A stretch of 14,388 bases of DNA from a virus (taxonomy: Duplodnaviria > Heunggongvirae > Uroviricota > Caudoviricetes): the IMG/VR virus record IMGVR_UViG_2693429700_000020. One strand, given 5' to 3'. The translations under genes and the position numbers were made by a program. Below the pieces are notes generated by a model that did no database searches, was not told the DNA's origin, and worked only from the letters and a program-made list of their open reading frames with translations. Each line of letters opens with the position of its first letter. Positions within the stretch are counted from its first letter, which is position 1. Below, piece by piece: positions 6,356 through 13,137 of this stretch.

Positions 6356-7141
6356 TTACTTGATAAATCCTGCCGCCTTTCCCCGCCTGTATTCCTCCAT
6401 CAGCCACTGTGCCGGTGTTATTCCACCCAGGGTGGCGGCGTTAGGCATGCACCCGAAACTTCGCCCTGGCGGGTGGTAAACGTCTCTCCCTGTGTCCGGA
6501 GGCGTACTCATGGGTTCTGGCTTTGCCTGTATGCTGATCACCGGATCGGGTATCTGCTGTCCGGAAGCCACCTTTTTCGCCCAATCATCGAGCAACCTGC
6601 GCGCGTGTTTCTCAACCTCAATCTCGCTAAGCTGGCGCTGATACATTGCGCGGCGGGTATCACATACAACCCAGTACATAACCGGATGCCGCCACGGGAA
6701 TCTTTCGGGACCGCCAGGATATAAACTTTTTTCCTTGCTGTACCGGTGAAACTCCGCCATCACATCGTCAATGGTGACACCAAGAACCATCTTGCTGTCT
6801 TTGCACCACTTGATAAATTGCCCAGGCGACGGCCAGAACGGAGATTCACTGGCGCGGGCGTGGCGCATACCAGCAGAAACCTGTTCACGGGTTCGGATCC
6901 CACCTTCGGCAAACGCAGCAATCCACTGCTGTTTTGCAGCGACTTCCTGCTCTGGCGTCTTCAGGTTGGTTACCACTGCCGCCGGAAACAGTTGTTTCAG
7001 CTGTTTGAAAAGGGCATCAACAAGCCTCTCTGCTGACATGTTCACCACATTGTCATTGTTGACGTACTGATGCTCATAACCTGACATGCGAGAAAGGGCT
7101 TCTCCGTCACGGTTTTGTATCGCGGTAAAAACGTTGTTCAC
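6356..7141 (-). CDS. Lambda P-like replication protein (helicase loader)
   Basis: KQQWIAAFAEGGIRTREQVSAGMRHARASESPFWPSPGQFIKWC parallels the lambda P segment RRQWVLAFRENGITTMEQVNAGMRVARRQNRPFLPSPGQFVAWC (recalled). Likely GTG start at 7141 with GGGAGGA ribosome-binding site, overlapping the O-like stop (GTGA). Confidence 0.85.
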   Translation of the reverse strand: MNNVFTAIQNRDGEALSRMSGYEHQYVNNDNVVNMSAERLVDALFKQLKQLFPAAVVTNLKTPEQEVAAKQQWIAAFAEGGIRTREQVSAGMRHARASESPFWPSPGQFIKWCKDSKMVLGVTIDDVMAEFHRYSKEKSLYPGGPERFPWRHPVMYWVVCDTRRAMYQRQLSEIEVEKHARRLLDDWAKKVASGQQIPDPVISIQAKPEPMSTPPDTGRDVYHPPGRSFGCMPNAATLGGITPAQWLMEEYRRGKAAGFIK

Positions 7142-7953
7142 AAGAAATCCTCCCACGCTTCAGGGCTGTTCCAGTGCGGAACGTTGTTATCAGGTAATGT
7201 TGATTGCTTCTGTCTGCTAATCTGCAGCCGCCTTGCCAGCTTCTGCTCCCACTGTGCCTGATGGTATGCCTTACCCTCAGCCATCCAGTAAATTCTGAAT
7301 TCTGCAAGTTCCTGTGCCGTTGGCAGACTGTCCAGGTAGATTCCCTGCAATGAGCTTTTCCGAAGAAAGTCATCTGATGGTTGCCATTGTTCATGCATGA
7401 CAAATTTGCCTAATTGCCCTGGCCCACCAGGAGGAACAAAGTTATTCATCACGGCGTTGTTTGCGCCGGGGTCATGAGGCACAGAATCCCCGGTTTTTGT
7501 CCTGCTCTCCCTCTCTTGGTTAAATGACTGGTTATATGACTGGTTCTGGATCCCGTTTTTGGGATCATTCAACATCCCGTTTTTGGGATCATTCAACATC
7601 CCGTTTTTGGGTATATTCCCGTTTTCGGGAACATTACCGTTTTCGGGTTCATTACACCCTTCCCGGTTGCCTTTAATGTTCCCGTTTTTGGTTATATTAA
7701 GAGAGAAAACCCGCACTCTTTTCGTCGCTCCCTTTCTCTCTCCGGTATCTGAAATAAGCCCCATTTTCATGAGCGATATAAGCCCGGACTGCACGGTTTT
7801 TTTATTCAGGCAAGTGTCTTTAACGAGGCGTTCTATGCTGGGGTAGCAGAGGTTATATTCATCGGCTCTGTCAGCCATCGAGAGCAGTATGAGCTTTAAT
7901 GATGAGCTACCTGGGTCTGTCTCCCAGGCCCAATCTGTTGCATGTCTGCTCAT
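7138..7953 (-). CDS. Replication initiator (O-like): N-terminal helix-turn-helix domain, repeat-encoded low-complexity linker, C-terminal domain
   Basis: ATG at 7953 with GGAG ribosome-binding site; sits directly upstream of the P-like gene; contains the iteron array, as lambda O contains ori. Confidence 0.7.
   Translation of the reverse strand: MSRHATDWAWETDPGSSSLKLILLSMADRADEYNLCYPSIERLVKDTCLNKKTVQSGLISLMKMGLISDTGERKGATKRVRVFSLNITKNGNIKGNREGCNEPENGNVPENGNIPKNGMLNDPKNGMLNDPKNGIQNQSYNQSFNQERESRTKTGDSVPHDPGANNAVMNNFVPPGGPGQLGKFVMHEQWQPSDDFLRKSSLQGIYLDSLPTAQELAEFRIYWMAEGKAYHQAQWEQKLARRLQISRQKQSTLPDNNVPHWNSPEAWEDFL
7552..7692. repeat. Iteron-like direct repeats (candidate replication origin) inside the O-like gene
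   Basis: CCCGTTTT(T/C)GGG core at 7552, 7576, 7600, 7618, about 7636 and 7681 (periods 24, 24, 18, 18); two exact 24-bp units CCCGTTTTTGGGATCATTCAACAT; a second short repeat ATGACTGGTT at 7525 and 7537. Confidence 0.7.
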
Positions 7954-7968
7954 GATTAATCTCCGCTA

Positions 7969-8169
7969 TCAGCTTGAATGTTGTGGGGAGGAATTAATCA
8001 TGATCTGCTTAATCTCTGCCCTGATGCGACGGTTTGATTCCATGGTGCACTCAACACAGTGTCCGTTGTAAACCCAGCGTTCACTGTCATGTCCGTGCTT
8101 ACATGATTTTCCGGTGTAGTAGCGTTTAAGTCCGCGCTTTGCGGCATCAATACGTGTAATGATTTCCAT
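7969..8169 (-). CDS. Small zinc-finger protein, TraR/DksA-like C4 type (66 aa)
   Basis: ATG at 8169 (the track ORF extends to TTG 8232); C-terminal HCVEC followed by a basic helix resembles the TraR/DksA CVEC zinc-finger motif; occupies the lambda cII position. Confidence 0.4.
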   Translation of the reverse strand: MEIITRIDAAKRGLKRYYTGKSCKHGHDSERWVYNGHCVECTMESNRRIRAEIKQIMINSSPQHSS

Positions 8170-8249
8170 GGTAAGCCCTGTTATTAGTATTGGGATTACG
8201 GTTATTTTGTGCTGACACAAAAAAAAGATCAACCAGATTTGGTTTTTTA

Positions 8250-8264
8250 TTACCTTTAAGGTGC
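8250..8264. promoter_or_regulatory. Imperfect operator-like site TTACC-tttaa-GGTGC just downstream of the tR1-like terminator
   Basis: 8 of 10 specified positions match the TTACC-N5-GGTAA palindrome; the GGTGC half-site is the same variant as at 8618-8632. Confidence 0.4.
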
Positions 8265-8270
8265 GAATAG

Positions 8271-8298
8271 ATATGAAAAGACCGCCGGATGGCGGTCT
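8271..8298 (-). terminator. Rho-independent terminator after the Cro-like gene (tR1-like position)
   Basis: Minus-strand AGACCGCC-atcc-GGCGGTCT followed by TTTCATAT. Confidence 0.6.
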
Positions 8299-8319
8299 AC
8301 AGAGGTTTGTGGCTGGATA

Positions 8320-8550
8320 TCATGAGTAGAAGAAGTATGCCAGTTCTGCTTTTGAGCGCAGCCATTGTCTTGTTTTACAGGCTTTAAAAAGCCCATTCAT
8401 CAATACTTTACCTGGCATTTTGCGCTTACCTGTTAAGTGAGTCTGGATATAGTGACTCGTCGTTCCGGCTTCCTGTGCGAAGGCTTCACGCTCATCCGGA
8501 GTAAGTGCAAGCCAGTGCTTTTTGAAATCGAAATGTCCGTTATCGCTCAT
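8320..8550 (-). CDS. Cro-like small helix-turn-helix DNA-binding protein
   Basis: 76 aa; first gene of the minus-strand operon, divergent from the repressor; candidate HTH at AFAQEAGTTSHYIQTHLTGKR. Confidence 0.5.
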   Translation of the reverse strand: MSDNGHFDFKKHWLALTPDEREAFAQEAGTTSHYIQTHLTGKRKMPGKVLMNGLFKACKTRQWLRSKAELAYFFYS

Positions 8551-8586
8551 AGCTATTGCCTGATATTTATTTCAGATAATAAATAT

Positions 8587-8649
8587 TCACCCATAAGGTA
8601 ACAAAAATCAAGGATAGTTACCTATGGGGTGCATTTACCTGTTGGGTAA
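8587..8649. promoter_or_regulatory. Operator cluster between the Cro-like and repressor genes: TCACCCATAAGGTAA (8587-8601), TTACCTATGGGGTGC (8618-8632), TTACCTGTTGGGTAA (8635-8649)
   Basis: Three copies (one perfect, two near) of the palindrome in the divergent regulatory region; a minus-strand -35 TTGTTA / -10 TATTAT candidate overlaps the first site. Confidence 0.65.
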
Positions 8650-8704
8650 TATTGCTTTAAATTGAATCATCTACTGATTCATATATGAGGCGATTCTCCA
8701 GAAA

Positions 8705-9289
8705 ATGAAAAGTATCCAGGACGTCCGCAGGCAAAATCTCAACGACTTGATCGACCGTGAATTCAATGGTGTTCAGACGCGGATGGCAGAAAAACTTGGA
8801 ACTCAGGCAAATCTGGTAAACCGCTGGGCTCTTGGCAAGAAGGTTATCGGCGACCAGGTTGCGCGAAAAATTGAAGCTGCCGCCAATAAACCCCGTAACT
8901 GGCTTGATATCGATCGCTCGCTTTCTCAGGAGGGGTTTCAGCCTGTCGGCCCAAGCGACATTGGTCAGCTGGCGGCTCACAACCTGGAACGCTGGATGAG
9001 CGAAAGCCGCGACCTTTCAACACAGGGAAAACTTCACCGCGCATCCGGCGTCGCCCAGGTGACAATCAGCCGCCTGTTAAACAATGAGGTCAGTGTTTCC
9101 ATTTCCACCCTGGAGAATGTTGCATCCGCATTCGGGCGTCACGGATATGAACTACTGATTCACCCGCATGACCCTGCAACTATCAACTATGACCGCTCGC
9201 GCTACGCATTGTTACCCGAAACCGAGAAAGCAAAGATCGAAAGTTACATTGAATTTGTCATCAACCAGAACGAAAAAAACAAACAATAA
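8705..9289 (+). CDS. Phage repressor (CI-like role) with two XRE-type helix-turn-helix domains and no S24 peptidase domain
   Basis: 194 aa; HTH-like segments QTRMAEKLGTQANLVNRW and LHRASGVAQVTISRLLNN; lies between the two operator regions like lambda cI; weak ribosome-binding site. Confidence 0.7.
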   Translation: MKSIQDVRRQNLNDLIDREFNGVQTRMAEKLGTQANLVNRWALGKKVIGDQVARKIEAAANKPRNWLDIDRSLSQEGFQPVGPSDIGQLAAHNLERWMSESRDLSTQGKLHRASGVAQVTISRLLNNEVSVSISTLENVASAFGRHGYELLIHPHDPATINYDRSRYALLPETEKAKIESYIEFVINQNEKNKQ

Positions 9290-9310
9290 AATCATATTTT
9301 TCAGTAAGTA

Positions 9311-9336
9311 AGCCGCCTTCTGGCGGCTTTTTTATT
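9311..9336 (+). terminator. Strong rho-independent terminator after the repressor gene
   Basis: AGCCGCC-ttct-GGCGGCT followed by TTTTTATT. Confidence 0.8.
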
Positions 9337-9346
9337 GCCTGTTCAA

Positions 9347-9423
9347 TTACCTAATGGGTAATTTTTTTAACTCATATCTATTGACATCAAACCAGATACG
9401 CATAATTATTACCTAAACGGTAA
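9347..9423 (+). promoter_or_regulatory. Early (pL-like) promoter flanked by two perfect operators (TTACCTAATGGGTAA 9347-9361; TTACCTAAACGGTAA 9409-9423)
   Basis: -35 TTGACA at 9381-9386; -10 within CATAATTAT at 9401-9409; operator centres 62 bp apart, the downstream one overlapping the -10 and start-site region. Confidence 0.7.
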
Positions 9424-9442
9424 CAGACCGAGGTAACAAGTT

Positions 9443-9595
9443 ATGCAGTGGAAAATCATCAACGGTTGGTACTGCGTTACTGCATGCGGATTCATGAGCT
9501 GGAAGTTCCGCACCTTACAGGAAGGCATTAAGTGGGCTTTCGTCAGCAAAGAAGCTCGCGATGTGGCCAACGATAACGAGATATGGGAGGGATGA
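9443..9595 (+). CDS. Small hypothetical protein (50 aa), first gene of the early operon
   Basis: ATG at 9443 with GAGG ribosome-binding site; stop TGA at 9593-9595 sits inside the ribosome-binding region of the next gene. Below the cutoff of the supplied ORF track. Confidence 0.4.
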   Translation: MQWKIINGWYCVTACGFMSWKFRTLQEGIKWAFVSKEARDVANDNEIWEG

Positions 9596-9597
9596 TA

Positions 9598-9897
9598 ATG
9601 AACGTTAATCAGCAGAAAAATCTTCAAAAAATCATGCTGGCATTCGACAAGGACTACCGCCTGTCAGAACAGCTATATGACCGACAAGTTGAACTGATTG
9701 AGAGTATCCGGCTTCACCAACTGGCCTCAACTTTCGACGTTGTAACAGGCAAAGGCGTTCGTCAGGAAGTGCTGGAGGCTGCTAAAGACAGCCCTGAGTT
9801 CGAAGAACTGATGGATGCCTACCGGCGCGAGGCAATGGCAATTATCGCCCGCTGGGATCTGGCTGATCAGCTTGATGGGCAGAGGGACGCGGCATGA
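9598..9897 (+). CDS. Hypothetical early protein (99 aa)
   Basis: ATG at 9598 preceded by GGGAGGG (the track ORF starts at 9583); stop overlaps the exonuclease start (ATGA). No family recognised. Confidence 0.5.
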   Translation: MNVNQQKNLQKIMLAFDKDYRLSEQLYDRQVELIESIRLHQLASTFDVVTGKGVRQEVLEAAKDSPEFEELMDAYRREAMAIIARWDLADQLDGQRDAA

Positions 9898-10715
9898 AGC
9901 CGGGAATTTATTTCGACATCAGCAACGAAGACTACCACGCCGGGGACGGCGTGAGTAAGTCGCAACTGGACATGGTTGCCAAGAATCCGGCGCTTCTTAA
10001 ATGGGTTCAGGCAGCACCAGAAGACGAAGAGAAAAAGTCTGCACTGGATATGGGAACCGCATTGCACTGTCTGCTTCTGGAGCCTGGAGAGTTCGACAAA
10101 CGCTTCATTGTTTCACCGAAATTCGATCGTCGGACGAAACAAGGTAAAGCTGACGAAGAGGCATTTCTTCGTGATGTGGCGGATATGGGGATTACGGTAC
10201 TTGATGCCGAGCAGTGGCGGAAACTGGAGCTGATGCGTGATAGCGCAATGGCTCACCCGGCGGCACGCTGGATGCTGGAAGCACCTGGTTACTGCGAAGC
10301 GTCAATGTACTGGAACGATGAAGAGACTGGTGAGTTGTGCCGAATTCGTCCAGACAAATGGCTGAACGAGCACAACGTGATCGTCGACGTGAAAAAGGTT
10401 GCAGATATGGAGCGTTTTGCACGTCACATCGAGGAATTCCGCTACCACGTGCAGGACGCAATGTACCGCGAAGGCGCAATGAGGGTTACTGGTCAGCCGC
10501 ATGGTTTTTTCTTTCTTGCCGTGAGCGAAAGCATTGATTGTGGTCGGTATCCGGTACGCGTGTTCGAGCTGGATGCGCCGGATGTCGATGCCGGGCACGC
10601 TCTGTTCCGCCGGGATCTGAATACCTATCACGAATGCCGCATCAACGATGAATGGGGCGGAGTGGAAATTATTAAACGTCCTGACTGGGCACGTAAACAG
10701 GATATGTATGTATGA
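9894..10715 (+). CDS. PD-(D/E)xK exonuclease, RecE C-terminal-domain-like (exodeoxyribonuclease VIII family)
   Basis: 273 aa; N-terminus MKPGIYFDISNEDYHAGDGVSKSQL and RIRPD ... IVDVKK catalytic motifs match the recalled RecE nuclease-domain pattern; translationally coupled to the annealing-protein gene. Confidence 0.7.
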   Translation: MKPGIYFDISNEDYHAGDGVSKSQLDMVAKNPALLKWVQAAPEDEEKKSALDMGTALHCLLLEPGEFDKRFIVSPKFDRRTKQGKADEEAFLRDVADMGITVLDAEQWRKLELMRDSAMAHPAARWMLEAPGYCEASMYWNDEETGELCRIRPDKWLNEHNVIVDVKKVADMERFARHIEEFRYHVQDAMYREGAMRVTGQPHGFFFLAVSESIDCGRYPVRVFELDAPDVDAGHALFRRDLNTYHECRINDEWGGVEIIKRPDWARKQDMYV

Positions 10716-11593
10716 GCAATGATATCGCAATCACATCACAACCAGGCGCAACTGTAGGCACTGCTGCGGCAATCTTCAGCCCCGAGGGCATGAATCAACT
10801 GGTGCGTTTCGAGGAGTTGATGTCACAAAGCAAAGCGACTGTACCGAAACATCTTGAAGGCAAACCTGCCGATTGCCTGGCGGTGACCATGCAGGCGGCA
10901 CAGTGGGGAATGAACCCGTTCGCCGTGGCGCAGAAAACGCATGTGGTAAACGGAACGTTAGGCTACGAAGCACAGTTGGTAAACGCGGTCGTATCCTCTT
11001 CCAGCCTGCTGGCGACACGCCTGAATTATCGCTGGAGCGGTGACTGGTCGAATGTTAACGGCAAAACAGATAAATCACCGAATCTGACGGTAACTGTGTC
11101 AGCAGTTCTTAAAGGAGAAGCAGAACCACGTGAGCTTACCATCAGTATGGCGCAAGCCGGAGTGCGTAACTCTCCATTGTGGGAACAGGATCCGCGCCAG
11201 CAGCTCGCCTATCTTTGCACGAAACGATGGGCTCGCCTGCACGCTCCTGATGTACTTCTCGGTGTTTACACCCCTGACGAATTACAGGAAACGGCACCGC
11301 GCGTTGAGCGAGACATTACTCCGCAAATGACTACGGCTGCGGGAATGAACAGTCTGATCAACGCTAAATCAGTGAAAAAGCCTGATGAGCAAACGCGTAA
11401 AGCGGATAGCCGTGAGCCAGAAGAAATGCTGATGGCCTTTACCAGCGCAGCGATGAATTACAGCACTGTCTCCGAACTGGATAAGGCTTACAAATACATT
11501 GCACAAAAACTTTCAGATGATGACGAACTGCTGGCAAAAGCCACCGACGTTTACAGCGTTCGTCGGGAAGAATTAAACGAAACATCTATGTAA
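10712..11593 (+). CDS. RecT/Redbeta-family single-strand annealing protein
   Basis: 293 aa; QWGMNPF ... SPLWEQDPRQQLAYLCTKRWARL parallels the lambda Bet region GPWQSHPKRMLRHKAMIQCARLAF (recalled); sits directly downstream of the exonuclease. Confidence 0.65.
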   Translation: MSNDIAITSQPGATVGTAAAIFSPEGMNQLVRFEELMSQSKATVPKHLEGKPADCLAVTMQAAQWGMNPFAVAQKTHVVNGTLGYEAQLVNAVVSSSSLLATRLNYRWSGDWSNVNGKTDKSPNLTVTVSAVLKGEAEPRELTISMAQAGVRNSPLWEQDPRQQLAYLCTKRWARLHAPDVLLGVYTPDELQETAPRVERDITPQMTTAAGMNSLINAKSVKKPDEQTRKADSREPEEMLMAFTSAAMNYSTVSELDKAYKYIAQKLSDDDELLAKATDVYSVRREELNETSM

Positions 11594-11642
11594 CCACCAC
11601 CGCGGCGCCACGCGCGCCGCACTGCAACCAAGAGAGGTATTT

Positions 11643-11891
11643 ATGAAAGGTGCATTAGGTAAGAAGGAACTCCTGGCGGTGGTGCCACTGTCATGGAGCA
11701 CTATCGACCGTATGGAGCGCGCAGGGGAATTTCCTAAACGCTGGTATATCACCGATAAACGCTGCGCATGGAACCGTGATGAAGTTGAGCGTTGGCTTGA
11801 TGAACGTCAGGCAGCAAGCCCGGCAGAGTTCCAGGGTAAAAAACCTCCTGTTCAGCAACGTGTATATCGTCCTGTGAGCAACGCTGCATGA
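11643..11891 (+). CDS. AlpA-family phage regulatory protein / excisionase-like
   Basis: 82 aa; LAVVPLSWSTIDRMERAGEFPKRWYITDKRCAWNRDEVERWL matches the AlpA/Xis-type winged-helix pattern; commonly paired with P4-type integrases. Confidence 0.7.
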   Translation: MKGALGKKELLAVVPLSWSTIDRMERAGEFPKRWYITDKRCAWNRDEVERWLDERQAASPAEFQGKKPPVQQRVYRPVSNAA

Positions 11892-12033
11892 GTGCGCTGC
11901 TAAGGCACTGGAGCAAATGGTCAGGATGGTACTTATTCCTGGCCTCTGTTTCAGCATGGCTTTATCTGCTGGCATTAATTTTCAGAGAGGGTTGGATTAA
12001 GTGAGAAAGTTAAGCCGACTTGAAAAATATCAC

Positions 12034-12300
12034 ATGAACAAGGTTTCAATGCGCAGTCCGTCAAAGATTGTCGCCGTTACTCCTGCGGCGATAGAGATCG
12101 AAAAACGCGCGATTGAAAGAGAGAAAAAAGGGCAGTTCCGCATTGCCGCTCACCTTTGGCTTCAGTGTATGGATGTTGCTTCTGGTGATGTTGAGCGTGC
12201 AAGGATCGCGGTTCGCAGGGACCAATGTATCACAAAAGGTAACGGCCTTCGCCGTGGCGACTATAGCGGCATAGGATGTTGTGGGGTGGTTTATGACTAA
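12034..12300 (+). CDS. PerC-family transcriptional regulator-like protein
   Basis: RIAAHLWLQCMDVA ... ERARIAVRRDQCIT resembles the PerC signature as recalled; the most likely start is ATG 12049 (AAGG ribosome-binding site); the track ORF begins at 12001. Confidence 0.5.
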   Translation: MNKVSMRSPSKIVAVTPAAIEIEKRAIEREKKGQFRIAAHLWLQCMDVASGDVERARIAVRRDQCITKGNGLRRGDYSGIGCCGVVYD

Positions 12301-12943
12301 GAAATACACACTAATCTATGCAGATCCACCCTGGGCATACCGGGACAAAGCCGCAGATGGTAATCGCGGTGCCGGTTTTAAATATCCAGTTATGAGTGTG
12401 CTGGATATCTGCCGCCTTCCTGTGTGGGATTTGGCCGATGAAAACTGTCTGTTGGCCATGTGGTGGGTGCCAACACAACCACTCGAAGCACTAAAAGTTG
12501 TTGAAGCCTGGGGATTCCGTCTGATGACCATGAAGGGCTTCACGTGGATAAAATGTGGTAGTCGACAACCAGATAAACTGGTTATGGGTATGGGACACAT
12601 GACTCGCGCCAATAGTGAAGATTGCCTGTTTGCAGTTAAGGGAAAACTACCTCCGCGCATTAATGCAGGGATCGTTCAGTCATTTACCGCACCGCGGCTT
12701 GAGCATTCAAGAAAACCAGATATCGTTCGTGAAAAACTTGTGCAATTGTTAGGCGATGTTTCTCGCATTGAACTGTTCGCCCGCCAGTCGTCTCATGGCT
12801 TCGATGTTTGGGGTAATCAGTGCGAAGACCCGGCCGTGCAACTACACCCAGGATACGCGTTGGATATTGGCGGATTAACAAATGCATTCAGCAATGCTCC
12901 TCTGTCACCAACAGACAACCAGGGGCGGGAGCGTGCAGCATGA
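12293..12943 (+). CDS. MT-A70 family DNA N6-adenine methyltransferase, orphan (no restriction partner in the window)
   Basis: ATG at 12293 with GGGGTGG ribosome-binding site; N-terminal YADPPWAY catalytic motif; the track ORF starts at 12281. Confidence 0.85.
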   Translation: MTKKYTLIYADPPWAYRDKAADGNRGAGFKYPVMSVLDICRLPVWDLADENCLLAMWWVPTQPLEALKVVEAWGFRLMTMKGFTWIKCGSRQPDKLVMGMGHMTRANSEDCLFAVKGKLPPRINAGIVQSFTAPRLEHSRKPDIVREKLVQLLGDVSRIELFARQSSHGFDVWGNQCEDPAVQLHPGYALDIGGLTNAFSNAPLSPTDNQGRERAA

Positions 12944-13134
12944 ACAGGGCATCACCAGCAGATTTAAGGAAATGCCTTGAAACTGCAAACATGCTTGCAC
13001 ACAGCGGGATCAGGTTTGTTCCTGTTCCCGCTGTCACTGATGCTGAATTTGCAACACTGTCAGCAATATTCGCAGATAAAATTGAATCACTGGCAGCAGA
13101 AGCCGAGATGGAAGAAAATCAGCAGAATAATTAA
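12940..13134 (+). CDS. Hypothetical small acidic protein (64 aa)
   Basis: ATG at 12940 overlaps the methyltransferase stop (ATGA) and has a GGGAG ribosome-binding site; the longer track ORF (12820-13134) overlaps the methyltransferase in another frame. Confidence 0.45.
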   Translation: MNRASPADLRKCLETANMLAHSGIRFVPVPAVTDAEFATLSAIFADKIESLAAEAEMEENQQNN

Positions 13135-13137
13135 ACG

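Noticed and set aside
7552-7692. Short tandem repeats considered as a possible CRISPR array
   Set aside because: Repeats are 12-24 bp without unique uniform spacers, lie inside a coding sequence and encode a protein linker; they fit iterons, not CRISPR.
8657-8980. 107-aa minus-strand ORF overlapping the repressor gene
   Set aside because: Antisense to a gene with two clear helix-turn-helix motifs and would run through the operator cluster; no supporting signals.
9867-10730. Minus-strand ORFs (9867-10067, 10192-10479, 10302-10730) and plus-strand ORFs (9976-10233, 10337-10537) within the exonuclease gene
   Set aside because: They overlap a gene with recognisable nuclease motifs and tight translational coupling to its neighbours.
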